A stretch of DNA of 63,503 nt, filler included, from Rhabdomonas costata (lineage: Eukaryota): assembly GCA_019059605.1 (NCBI GenBank). It is 16 parts of 16 records of this genome, joined end to end, with 100 filler letters (N's around TTAATTAATTAA, not from the genome) between each part and the next. Parts side by side here need not be neighbours in the genome. Positions count along the whole stretch, not along the records: positions 1 to 3,865 come from JAHMHO010000472.1; positions 3,966 to 7,821 come from JAHMHO010000473.1; positions 7,922 to 11,943 come from JAHMHO010000474.1; positions 12,044 to 15,912 come from JAHMHO010000475.1; 12 more parts are not named here. One strand, given 5' to 3'. Shown one piece after another: positions 1 to 12,219 of the stretch. Position 1 is the first letter of the stretch. Each line of letters begins with the position of its first letter. A model generated the notes under the pieces. It was given only the letters and a program-made list of their open reading frames with translations, searched no databases and had not been told where the DNA came from. A program made the position numbers and the translations under genes.

Positions 1-634
1 TGTGTGTGGTGTCAATTTTAGGTCTCCGGTCCGGTCCGGTCCGGTCGGGGAGTGACCATGGCGGATGTCATCCAGCGAATAGGGCGAGGTTTTGGGCCGA
101 AGTAAGTGGTCCTAACCCCCCATTTCCGATGAGGCCCCCGACGATTGGTGAGGTTCCCGAGGTCAGCTGAAGAGGCTAGATAGCCCACCTGGTAAAACCC
201 CCAGAACAGCGATAAGAGAAAGAACTGTAGTAACAAATTGGCGGGTTGCCATTAAGAATGCGGGGTTGTCCTAGAGAACAAGTCCCTTTTTTCATGCAAA
301 CACAGATCTTTCGCGCGGTCCCCAAAAGAAGCCCCGCATTCTTCCCTCGGGAGGATCGCTGAAGGAGGTGGCGTCTGTAGCTGTATCACTCAACAGCAAA
401 CGTAATCAAAAAAGAGAAATGAAGCTCTTTGACGACGCATGTGAACAAATGCCACAGCACGCTTTCGTACTGAAATCGTGAGTTCGGAAATTCATTGGCA
501 AAAAGATGTGATTGTCGTACTGATACAGACACTGGATTCCCCACAGGATCCGAGGGCTTAACCACCCAGGATGATTTCCCCTTGAAAAAATAAACATCAG
601 ACAGGGGCGCGGGAACCCGCACGAGCAAGTCCAC

Positions 635-3190
635 CTTTAATAGTATTTTGATACACTTCCTCTGGCGTTCTCGCGGTGCCCCTGAACGCGGGCTCGCCAA
701 ACACCATGTGATACAGCACTGTACCTGCAAGCCACCAAGCAACCAGTCAATCAACCAACCAACCTACCTAGCTAGCTAACTAGCATCCTTCCATCCTTCC
801 ATTCACTCATCCCTTTGGTAATCCATTCATCGACATGCCATCCCTTCCACAACACCTCTCTCGAAAACAGTAAAGCACCGCCACAAAAACCACCCGTCGG
901 TGACGGGGCTGCCTGCCGAGGTTGCTGTTCACGGCTGGCTTGGCGCTTACATTTCCCTGGGTGTGAAGTGCAGGAGCAAACCTCGTCCCCCCCCCCCTTT
1001 GTCCTTGTCAGCACGGCATTGTGGCGGTGATGGAGGTGGTGTGAGCTGACTGATGTTGTGGGTGTTGCGCTCCCGCAGCAGGATGGGCGGCTTTGCACAC
1101 GATTTCGCTTTTCGCAAATGTTACCACATGCTTCGCGGTGTGCTGTGCAGTACGACACCCGCACGTGATGCGCGAGAACAGTGAACCTGGTTGCTTGTGT
1201 GTGTGTGTGTCACGTGCTCGTTCCATCGTTCTGTTGTAGTACTCTTGCTGTCCTACTTTTCTCCCTCTCGCCTCATATCTTGGTTGATTGCACAACTAAA
1301 ACCGAACTTCTGTACTCCTGCTGCAGGTTGTCGACCTGTTGAGGCTGTTCTTCCTTTTTTTTTTTTTCGATGATTCCCTCCTACAGACCCGAAAGTTTTT
1401 TTTGTGTGTGTGCGTGCGAGCGAGAGACAAGTCAAAACAAAACGCAAGAGGGACGGATCGATCGGAAATCGGGTGGGGCACAAAGAAATGCAAACACCTG
1501 CCGACCATAGATCAATGCTGGCGGTGTAGCCCTTTTTGCAGGCGATCTCTGGGGCCATGTAAAGAGGAGACCTGAATGGCGCACAAAGTTCTACAGCTTT
1601 TTGTCGGTGATAAGTGTTAAGTGTTGATAAATGTTACCTCTGCTTCTCTGATCGCATATGTCGCAGTGGCAGCAGCACACACCCGCTAAGGACCTCTAAC
1701 GAAGCGACAGACGCTGAAAATCTGAGAGAAGACCTCTGGGTTAAGCACACCTCCTGGGCAATGAGTTGGTTAGTTGGTGCCCGATAGTGCCGACGATTCA
1801 AATGCTAATTCAGTACCTGTAAAGCGTTGAAGTGGGAAAACTGTTTCTGTCAAGCTACGTGCAAAGGGGATCAGCTGCATTTCGCTCCTTGCCCTCATTT
1901 TCCGAGCCAAGCAGCAGTCCCCATACATCCCCCATACAATGCTCAGGATTCGACACCGTCTCCCTCAGCAGCTTTGTCGGGTGGCCGCCCCTGCTTTGTG
2001 ATGGTAGGAGGTGAATGGACAGTTGTGAGCAAGCCATTACAGAAAAAACGAAACCCTACCTGCGAGGTTGTTGTTTATAGTCATCCCTTTCCGGGCTCAG
2101 ATCGAGAGATCCACCGGGAGTACCTATCCGGCTTATGGAGAACAGCCCAGACTGAAGCCCATCGGTCCCACGGGCCCCCCCATAGAAGGGGAACAGTCTG
2201 TACAGTGGTGAGGGGTGAGGGTGCGGGGCTGTGCAAGCTAGGCCAAATAGGGCCAATGGAGGCACTCCCCCTCTGGCCCTGAGTATACAGGCCTGTAGGA
2301 TTTCTGAGAGGCCCGTGCATCAGCAGCCTATAGGGTGCCGCGGAAGGCAGACAGATCCCACATCACATCCCTCCTTAAAACATCAGTGATGAGGTAGCGT
2401 CTTTCCCCACACCCGACTCGCGTTTCGGCCAAGGTCTCCACAGTACGGACAAAGTCAAAGTCGGCCAGTTTCAGCACCGCTACCGCCGGGTCGGGGACGC
2501 TGAGCAGGAGGTTGGCTGGCTTGATATCCCTGCCGGGAATGTCACACCACATCATAAGTAAAAGGAGAAGGGAAAGGTGGGATGGTGGGGAAGGGGAAGG
2601 TCACTTCGATGCTGATAGGCATCACAGCATAAAAACCAGCGCCACTGGGAGGACGGGAAGAAGTTCGATTCTTGGGGTAACGCTCCACAGTTACCACTCT
2701 GGGCCGCGAAAAAATAGCGCCAGTCAGATTTTTGAACCTGATGCGAAATCAGACCCTGTCGGAGTTACATGGCAAAAACGAGACAAACCAACTGAATTGC
2801 TTGCGCGCGGTTGAGTGAAAGTGTGTGGTGTGTGAGTGAAAACATACAGAAAAAACATACGCGAGACCCCTTTTGTTATGTGGGGCAAATTAGAGAATGC
2901 CCACGCTGCACGTGCATTAGATCAAGAGCAACTTTTCTTTTCGTCATCGCTCTCATTCACGTGCGGCCGTGTGTATGTGAGCCTGTGCGTGTTAATTTTC
3001 CATCTTTTATAGCACAAATATGCACAAAAGCCAGCTGTTCCAAAGTCAAAGCAGAAAACCCCCTTCGCCCATGCAAAGGGCGAGCGTACACCGATGAGCC
3101 ATCTTGTTGGCGTGCATAAATTTCAGGGCGTTGGTCAGGTTCTGCATGAACCTGCGGCAGATGGGCTGCAGAAGGCCCATTGGGGGCTTC
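635..3190 (-). CDS. Ser/Thr protein kinase, ULK/ATG1-like, partial, spliced
   Basis: GT-AG phase-consistent exons 3190-3092, 2529-2413, 1571-1498 and 724-635 give ...ALKFMHANKMAHR-DIKPANLLL...[59 protein letters not shown]. These are subdomains VIa-X. LAET..[9 protein letters not shown] is ULK/ATG1-like. Confidence 0.85.
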
Positions 3191-3865
3191 CTGTATACCA
3201 ACACACCCAAAGGAAGGACAATGCACACTCAATGGGAACGAGGTGATACCGCGATGTGAGAGACGTCGCACGAAAGCCCTCATCGTACACAAGACAAATT
3301 GTGACAAGAGATTAAACAAAGTGCAAAGCTGGTCTTGTGAATGCTGTGGACTGGAAAAAGAAAATGGTTTAGGGGATCGAAAAAAGAGCTCGAAGGCTGT
3401 GGTGAAGCTACCCGCAAAACTTCTCACGCCCACCTCTTGGGGGTCAAAGCAAACACATCCGCTGAAAACGGTGAACCCGCAGGAGCTAAAGTCCACCGAG
3501 TTGCAGTCTTTTTGCACGACTTTCACGCTGGACCAAGGCGGCCAAGGCCAATATGCAGCCAGCAGCGGCATTGTAATCAGCGAGTCGGGCCTCGCATCCA
3601 CAGGGAACGCAGATCTACGCCATTGTTTCAGCCCGAAATTGCTAATTTGCAAGGATGGCTCAACATGCGGTCGAAGATTCACCTCGATGTCGGTCCAAGT
3701 TCACCCATACCAGCTGGGGGTTAATGAACCAACGGAGGCTTGAACTCATACCAACACCCCACTACATCATGTACCTTCATTCGTTTCCTTTGGGTAATAA
3801 GTTCAATAAATGCCTGTACAGTGCCGCTCACTCTTTTCTAACTGCAAGAGCAAATCACCCCACAA

Positions 3866-3965
3866 NNNNNNNNNNNNNNNNNNNNNNNNNNNNNNNNNNN
3901 NNNNNNNNNTTAATTAATTAANNNNNNNNNNNNNNNNNNNNNNNNNNNNNNNNNNNNNNNNNNNN
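3866..3965. other. Artificial scaffold-joining spacer N44-TTAATTAATTAA-N44 (first of 15)
   Basis: Identical 100-bp spacers with stops in all six frames at 3866, 7822, 11944, 15913, 19869, 23847, 27793, 31746, 35705, 39652, 43601, 47547, 51493, 55614 and about 59556. Separate N gaps without the linker lie at 14178-14624, 33143-33426 and 60974-61143. Confidence 0.98.
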
Positions 3966-5589
3966 GTTGTTGGGTCTGCTCGGTAGGCTTCGGGTCGAAG
4001 TGAATGGGAAGGGTTCCTGAGACGGGAGAGTCTGCTGGCTTTGGCGCAGGTACTGCGGGAGACCCGTTGACAGGGGGTTGGTCTGCAGGCTTCGGAGATG
4101 ATTGCACAGGGGAGCTGCCCACGGCAGCAGGTTTGGGGACAGTTGGGGTTCCACCCGAGGAAAGCTGTGGTTCCACTCGGGCAGGGGACCCAGTCTGAAC
4201 AGAGGGGAGCACTGCTGCGCTGGACAGCGTCTGAACGGGAAGGCCTGCCGCCGGAGGCGCGGCAGGCGGCGCGAAAAGCGCACTGGAGGGGAAAGACTGG
4301 GCCACGACTGGGAACGAGGTAGCAGACAGCGGCAGGCTGCCCACCACGGAAGATGGTAGAGTAGTGGCAAACTGAGGCAAACCGGAGGGAGAGCTCCATC
4401 CAGTGGGCGAGGTGGACCGGGGGATGGCACCAAGGCTGGAGCCCAGAACAATGGGTTGCTGAAGCGCTGACGGGGAAGGGGCTTTCACCGGACCTGGCAA
4501 GCAACACAAACCATCGGTGAAGGTGTCCATCAACCAGTCATCGCAAACATGCACCTAGTATGATATTCATTACGAAGTCCTGGGAAAAATGTAAACAGGG
4601 CTGATAACAGCCGGCTCCTGCTGACAGCTCCCGGAAAAATTGCGAGAAAAAAGTTCCAAAAGGTGCACGCAAAAGCTTGTGGTGAGATCCTTAAAGCCGA
4701 TTTCCTGAGGTTCACCTTCATGGCGTTTACACTGACCACGAAACACTTTACCCCTCCGCCCCAGAAAAAAGTTGAGGGGCGACAGAGTTCATAGTTCAGT
4801 TATGCCCATTTCAGAGCTCCAAAATTTTAACTGCATTTCAACAACCACAGCAAAAAAACGCTCAGAACAGGAAGCACAGCTGGAGAGGACCAGCTAAAGA
4901 AAAAAGGGAACACAGGAGCAGCGGGTGTATTGCGCCACACTCGAATGGATCATGGAGACCAGAGAAGGGTCACCGCCAATTCGCTTCAGGTGAATGCGTC
5001 CTGTGCGCGGATGTGCACATTGTAAAAACGGGCCGATAAGTCGGGCAGGGACAGGATGTGTGGATCACTGGGACAAAAAACTCATGAAAGTTCGATAAAA
5101 TTGAACAAGTAGCGTATATCCAAAAGGAAGACGGCAGGGTTACCTGCGTCCAGTGCCTCCACCACATCGTCCGGGACGTCCAGCGAAACGAGAGGGGTGG
5201 TCAGTTGCCGCTGAGCTGAAAGGGCAATTGATGAAGAGGAGCGCGGGACACAATTGGACAGTTCAGGTGAACAAAAAGTCAAGAAGAAAGAAGAATTTCA
5301 CGGCAACTCTTCAGGATGTTATTACCTGAGTTGGGGGAGAGCGTAGGGCCCCCTTGCGGTCCACCAAACAAGGGCTGGCCAGAGAGACTGTAACCTGAGT
5401 TTCCAAAAAGCAGCAAAAAGGTGATAAGAAAAAATTACGCTCTACACAAGCCCTCGAAATGGCTGTAAGGTTACCTATGCCAGTGTTTCCTAGATGAGTA
5501 TTGTTGGTTTGCACGTCAAATATGGCGCTGGATAAGGACTAACCTATGGCTGGGATGGGGAGTTGGCGGAGTTTATGGGCAGAGGCCAT
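3966..5589 (-). CDS. Pro/Ser-rich low-complexity protein, 3' partial, spliced
   Basis: ATG at 5589. Exons 5589-5544, 5394-5326, 5215-5144 and 4493-3966 are all joined by phase-1 GT-AG introns in one open frame (MASAHKLRQLPIPAI-GYSLSGQPLF...-AQRQLTTPLVSLDVPDDVVEALDA-GPVKAPSPS...). Confidence 0.7.
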
Positions 5590-6738
5590 CGACGCGGCTG
5601 CCGGAGCGGGCGGGTTGGGCCGGAAACCTGACCTGGGGAGCCTTTACACTTTTTGAGTATTATGCTGAACAGCACAAATTGAAACCACTGATAACCATTT
5701 CCATTACCCCCAATAACGTCCATTGCACCAAAAAACCTGCGGGAGGCGTGGCCTGCCCCGCAGCGAACACGGGGGCTGTTGTGCTCGGAAATTGCGAGGA
5801 AACCGTGGGAAGAACGGTTGGTCCGAAGGCTGTCACAATGGAGGAGCCACCGTAGTTTGGAAACGTCAGAGAGCCCTGGAAAGGCAAGACAACACAAAAC
5901 GTAAACCAGCCCAGCACTCAGAGACTTTTGGAGAAAGACGAAAAAAGGCAACAAGCCATGGAAAGGAAGCGAACGAATGACGCGTTTGCGTCCACTAACA
6001 CAACTCGCATCCCCAGATTTGAGTAACAGCACAGGCGACAGGTGTGCAACAACGAAGGTGGGGCACAGTATGGGAAAGGGAGCGGTAAAGTTAGAAGCAC
6101 ACCGGCACGGCTGCGGGAAGAGCTGACGCCGGTGTTGGAAGATAAAACGGCTGCATTGCTAAGAGGTTTGGCTAAGAGGTTTGGAATGGCTTATGAGAAG
6201 AAAAACACAAACCGGCTTTCCACGCGAGAAACTGCTCCTCGCCCCACTCCCGCATCATGCATCAACAAATTACCGCTATTATCAAATATGTACATACCGA
6301 ACTTGACGGAAAGTATTTGCAGTGTTAACGCGGATGAATAAAGAAGGCAAAACTCTGAGTTCGATTTGTCCAGAAAAAACCCTTGGCTCCAATTCGCAGC
6401 ACCTTCACCCGGAGCTAGAGAGGAGGAGCGCAATCCAATAACAAACCCAACAGCTCACAAAGCAGACGTGGACGACGAGAACAACCACGAAGCAACAGAG
6501 GCAGCGAACAAAAAAAGCGAATACATCGATCGGGGACGGGGGGGGCAGCATGTGGGGTGCGCGTGCAGGCTCACCTTAGGAGGGAAACCCTGGACCCGCT
6601 GAAATGCGCAAGGGGCAAGGAAACATGCAAGAAAATGCCTAGATCACGGCATGCCCGCAGAAAAGAGGTGCAAAAGCAGCAGCAGCACATACAAGAGGGT
6701 GGGATGCACACAGGATAAGCACAACAAAGCGTTCCTTC

Positions 6739-7677
6739 TTATCTCACAGACCGAGCTGGGATGGCAGGGGTCCGATCCCAGGCTCTTGGAGTGGGCGGGC
6801 CACTATGCAGTAAACGATTCGAGTACAGCTTGGTTCTGCAATTGGCGCAGTAGTGGTGGGTGTCCTGACAGTCCCTCCTGCAGAAGGGCAGCCCGCACAA
6901 GCACAAAGGCCAGGCAGCGATAAAGAGGACCCAGCAGGCTAGCCATGTGAAGAAGCCAGCCTCGTGACGGACAACAGTGCGCCCCCTGTGGCCACAGGCC
7001 GGGCACTCCACGGTGATGCTAGCGTGGCCCCACTCCACGTTGGCGAACACCTTCCCTTTGGGTGGAAAGCACGGAAGACGAACTGTGCAATCCCAACAGA
7101 GGTGAACAATCATGAAGCAACGACAAGGTTGCGAAATGCTTACCGAGCTACGCAACCAAACGCGCAACCAGAAAACCATGGAATTCATTTGACAGTTTCC
7201 CTCCAGCAAGACAACCAATAGTTCTGCGCGGCCGAGACCGCCTGGAACCCATGCTGGTTGAGGGCTATTTTCTCATGGAGAGGATAAACTTTACGGCTGA
7301 GGGCTTTTCCGTACACAAGGAGCAAATCTCCTGTCGCACAAACAGGTCAAAGAGGTTCTGCCGATGGATAAGGGGACCCATGAGCACGCGAAAGTCTGAT
7401 CAGCGCCGGTGACGCCACAAAACCACGAGGACCAGTGTGCCCACACACTTTTCCGAGGCACGGGCTGACATGCCATCCCATCTTCCATCGCTGCCGGTGA
7501 GATCTCAGGGACAGGGGTGAGAGGTACGATACGGTTGCTCGAAGAGGCCGCGCCCGTGCCCAAGAGGGCCATCTCAGGGTCGCGAGGTTTCACAAACGCC
7601 GCCGCACCCACGGCCTGATGAGGCCCCGACCAGAGGAATGGCGGAGCGGATAGATTGGGTTCTGCCTCGTCTGCCAT
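6739..7677 (-). CDS. LITAF-domain (membrane-associated Zn-binding) protein
   Basis: Exons 7677-7449 and 7055-6739 (phase 1). CPAC...hydrophobic stretch...HYCANC is the LITAF signature, preceded by a Pro-rich N-terminus. Confidence 0.88.
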
Positions 7678-8002
7678 TGCGTTACCCGTCAGGGAGGAGA
7701 AAGATGACAACAACAACAATGGAAAGGACAAGGTCTACCTATTGCAGCTTGACGGCAAAGCCGGGAGAGTACCCAAAGATTCCAAAAATTTAAAAGATTG
7801 TAAACTTGGACAAACAAAAAANNNNNNNNNNNNNNNNNNNNNNNNNNNNNNNNNNNNNNNNNNNNTTAATTAATTAANNNNNNNNNNNNNNNNNNNNNNN
7901 NNNNNNNNNNNNNNNNNNNNNCTCTGGCAGCCCGAGCGGCGGCATGGATTGCATGGATGCAAGGAGACAAGGGGAAGGAGGAAAAGCAGAAGCAGTTTCA
8001 AC

Positions 8003-8634
8003 CCGGAGGCCGTCCGCCTGGGCGGCGTCCCAGGGGAACTCCCCGCGGCCATCCCAGCACAGCTCCGAGACCAGGCTCTGCAGGGCCTTGCCACCGTGCC
8101 GCGGCCCAGGGGCGTTGGTGCGCAGGCAGAACCGCAGGTCATGGCAGCCGCGAGCTGCCACACACGCAGAATAGTCGATTTGATTTTGAAAGCAGGATAT
8201 AACTGCAAAGGCTCTGCCTCTTCAACGAGAACGGGATGGGAAGCGAAACCGGTATGGAGGGAGGGTTCTCATGATGGAAGGTGTAGGTGAGAGCAAACAA
8301 AGCAGCGCGCAGGATAAGAGAGAAACACTGCACGGAAGCGGTCCAAGCAGGCAGCCCTTTAAGCTTTTGGCCTGCCGCTGATCTAAAAGTGCCGCTTTGT
8401 TTTTGTTTTTGTTGTTATGGGAGCGGAAATAGAGACGTCTTGGTGGTTGCTCACCTTGCCCGTTTCTGTTACGGTTAATTCGCTTTCAACCAGCTCGCAG
8501 TGGTTCAGGGCCGGGGGTGCGACGACCCAAAGTGAGCTGTAAAAAAGGAAAAAAGGAAGCTCCCGATAAAAAATAAGTGTTCCCTAGAATTTTTCTCAGT
8601 GTACTGGGGTCCAGGTTGCGGGGTGTGTGAGCTG

Positions 8635-8665
<31 letters not shown>

Positions 8666-11600
8666 CGCGCGCGCGCACGTGCGTGCCCGAGATAATATGC
8701 CGATAGCTCATTCCAACGCGAACGAAAAAGCCACCACACCGTGAGGCCGGATGACGTCACAAACGAACGGCTTCTCCGATACCCCCTTCACCTTAATCAC
8801 GTGAAACTTGTCGCCCCTTGAAGAGGAAAAACAACATCAGCAAGATGTTCAACATCGAAAAACGATCACAGTGTGGATGAATGAAAAACCACCCTACCAC
8901 TCTTTGCCCTCCGGGAGTGTGCTTCCTTGCAGTTCTGAGCTCTGCACACGTCTCCGGTGCCACTTCCGGCTTTTCACCCATTTCGTGTTTTCCTGTGCCG
9001 TGAACCTCTGTTCGATTCAAAAAAAAGGGGAAGGAAAACAGCATATCTCCAGACACCCACCAACACTAACTAACCCGAGAAAATCCACCCCGATGGACCA
9101 AAAAGTCTCACAGCGGAACATCCGATCTTGACAAAGTGACAATGGATGCCCCAGTGCTGGACAGGACTTTGCTCTTGTGGAGCACCATATGCGGAAGGCA
9201 GATTACACAGAACCAAGGGGAGGGGAGCAGACACACTTCAGCTGAGCAGTTACACGGTAGGCCTTGCCCTCTTCCTCGCTGAAGACCTGGAACTGGTGCA
9301 CCTGTGGGCGGGGGAGATAAGGCGGGCGAGTCGGGCCGAGGCTCGACGAGAATCGCAAAATGCCCTGGGTTTTTTCAACTGAGCCGGCGACAATAAAAAC
9401 CGGGGATGAGAGTAGCTGCGAAAACTCAAATTTAACTTCATTTCAATACTTCAATTCGGAAGGCCGTTGAGGTTGCTCTTGGGTGTGAACTATCCTTTGC
9501 TCTGCCCGTGGTGTCAATCTTCACAAGACTTCTTCACAAAACCCTTTTGGTTTACACACTCTCTGTTGTCACATGGGGAATTCCGGATGCCATTTTGCTA
9601 TTGTCCTTCAAGGCCTTGACACATCCCCACAGGCCCCTCTTTCAGGCTGCAACGACCGCCCGTCCAGCAGAACTCCCGCCTGACTCGTAGAGCCTCGTAG
9701 AGGCCCTGCAGTGGGCATCACGGAGCCTGTGGATCTAGGGGATGCACGCAGCTACTGCGCTCACTCGTTGTTGATCACCATGAGCTTCAGGTTCTGCATC
9801 TTCCTCTTCCAAAGGGCACCGGGGGGACACTCCGCACCGCCCGTTGTCAGAGCATTTATTTGGGAGTGGGTACTGGGCAATTCGGGTCTACTCCCGTCTG
9901 TATGTTGGGGAGAGAAAACCTAGTTGTCCCCCCCTCGTTCATTTCCCTCATATTATCGTTCTCTTTAGTGACGCGCGCGCTAACGTTCGAGCTTGCAGCG
10001 ACCAGGAAATTATCGTTTTCTCCCACTCCATTCCCGTCCAACCTTCACAAGCCTCTTGCGCTCCCCCTGGTACTTGGTCTTGTGGTTTTTGAATGTTGTT
10101 TTGGTGTGCCAGAGCCATACAGTGCTGTGCCCGATTCTAATCTCTCATCACTCCGTGTGGCTTTATCTTAGCGATCACGATGTTTGCGATGACGGTCGTA
10201 CCAAGAGCCGTGGGAATGGTGGACGCGAGGCACAGAGGAGAGGATGGGGAGCATTTGGTAGTGAGTGCAGTCTTTCGTGACAACGCCGACGGTTGGAATG
10301 GCACAAAGACACCTTGACGGAGGAAACCTTCTCGAAGATTCGTTCCAGCTGCTCCAAGATCTCCTGGGAGACATCATCATCAAAGTTATAGGAGGGCCGC
10401 GGCAGATCCAGGAACTCGTTGATGCTCAGACGGGGCCCAACTGACTCCAAGTCTCGGTGGCGAAGCTGAACCGTTCCTCTAAGCAGCGCCAGGAACACAA
10501 GAAAACACGTACACCTGGAACGGAATCACAGACGCAGTTTTTCCCTTTCTTTCGACATCGATGAGAAAGAGAACGCCAGCATCTCTGCCGCAGCAATCGT
10601 TGACAATTGACAAGTTCACAGCGTAAAGAACAAAAGACAACCAGCAAAACCACCGAACCGACCCACTCGCAAGGTGCACAAAAAAAAAGCAGAAGGTCCG
10701 ATAACAACTGAACAATTGTCCATGTTCCAGGATTCGCCATGGCAAAAGAGAGTCAAGAGGGAAAATCCAGGGAGGGGGAAGCGGGAGGAAAGATTATGGT
10801 ATCATGATGAGCAAGCGGGTGGCTTGAACCCAGAGCGCTTTGCAGGTATTTCAAACCCAGTGTTGAAAGAGGCTCACAAGGGATTGGGTACCACCTTTGA
10901 GAGCTTGGGGGGTTGCCAGAATCCCCCCCCCCTTTTTTTTTTGGGAGGGGGGGGGGACAGCAAAGTAACAAAGGCTAGTTAAACCAACGGGAACAGAAAC
11001 CAAATGAAATGCACAAAAAAAGCGTTCTATCGCGCCCGTCCGTCAAGGGATAAACGGCCCACACAGCCTACTCAGTGTTTTCTAACAAGATTTACACGAT
11101 TCGTTTAAAAGTAGGAGAAAGTGCTAAGAGTTCTTCTGTGGTTCATGGGTGTGGGAATGCCGCTGTGTGGTGCCACTGGTGTGTTGGGTTGTTGCTGTTA
11201 TGGTTGGTTGTGCTTAAGGGTTGGCCAATTCTCCTCTGTGGAGTTGCTCGTTGCCTTTCCCCTCCCCATGAGCGGTTACAGGTGTGCTTAGTTTGCTTTT
11301 GTTTTCTTGCTGTCGCTTTCTGGGATAGTAGAGTGTAAGGTTTGAATTGCCCCTCTCCACACCCTTCTTCACGGCATCGTAGGGGTACGAGACCGCGTTC
11401 AGTGGATTTCCCCCCTCTATGCCTCTCTCTTCCTCTATATCTCTGTCCCTGTACCAAGCTCGCCGAGGCTTAAAAAAGAAAGAAAGAAAAAACGCCCTAT
11501 AACGCTGAGGGGGTGCGACGACCCAAAGCGAGCAGGTGCCTTCAGAAGAAAACTTGAAAGTCCCCCAAACCAAAGGAAAGACTATGGAAATTTGTGACCA

Positions 11601-11940
11601 TGCGGGAGTCGTATGAAGAAGAATCGAACACCAAAAGAGAAAACGTGCACAAAAGCTGTGGGTCGGCATAAGAAAGAACAGGGAAGGCGGAAAGGGGGAC
11701 GGGTGTCGACAAGAAGAGCAAGACTGCTGCCATGAACTGTCGGTTGAAAGGGATGCACTGCTCTTCTGGCTGGCCATGGGCATACAAGCGAGCATGGAGC
11801 TTCACGGAGCCCTCGAACTTCACGGCCTGGCCCAGCGCTTTCTGAGTCAGCTCTGAAACTACCTCGACGAGCTGAGCAGGATCCTTGCACCAGTTGTCGT
11901 GTTGCTGGCTGAAGTTCCGTCCGGACTGCGAGGAACCCAA
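8003..11940 (-). CDS. Multi-exon hypothetical protein, partial; structure unresolved
   Basis: Several GC-rich, coding-like segments, most flanked by AG/GT, at about 11940-11725, 10480-10313, 9300-9254 and 8153-8003 (for example RLSINEFLDLPRPSYNFDDDVSQEILEQLERIFEK). No family recognised. Confidence 0.45.
8635..8676. repeat. (GT)n-(GC)n alternating purine-pyrimidine microsatellite
   Basis: A GT run is directly followed by a GC run. Confidence 0.9.
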
Positions 11941-12045
11941 AACNNNNNNNNNNNNNNNNNNNNNNNNNNNNNNNNNNNNNNNNNNNNTTAATTAATTAAN
12001 NNNNNNNNNNNNNNNNNNNNNNNNNNNNNNNNNNNNNNNNNNNGG

Positions 12046-12091
12046 TTTGTGGGACACTTTGAAATAGTACTATTTCAAAGTGTTCCACAAA
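12046..12091. repeat. 46-bp near-perfect palindrome
   Basis: tttgtgggacactttgaaatagt / actatttcaaagtgttccacaaa: 23-bp arms, one mismatch, no loop. Confidence 0.9.
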
Positions 12092-12219
12092 GTTTAACAA
12101 AAGAACCGATGGGACCATTCGTCTCTCAAATCAGTTTCATGAATTGCAGACAGAGGCACCCATTGCGGAGAAAAATGGACGAAAATGAGCCACAGTAGCA
12201 GAGGAAGACCTGGAGTCAC

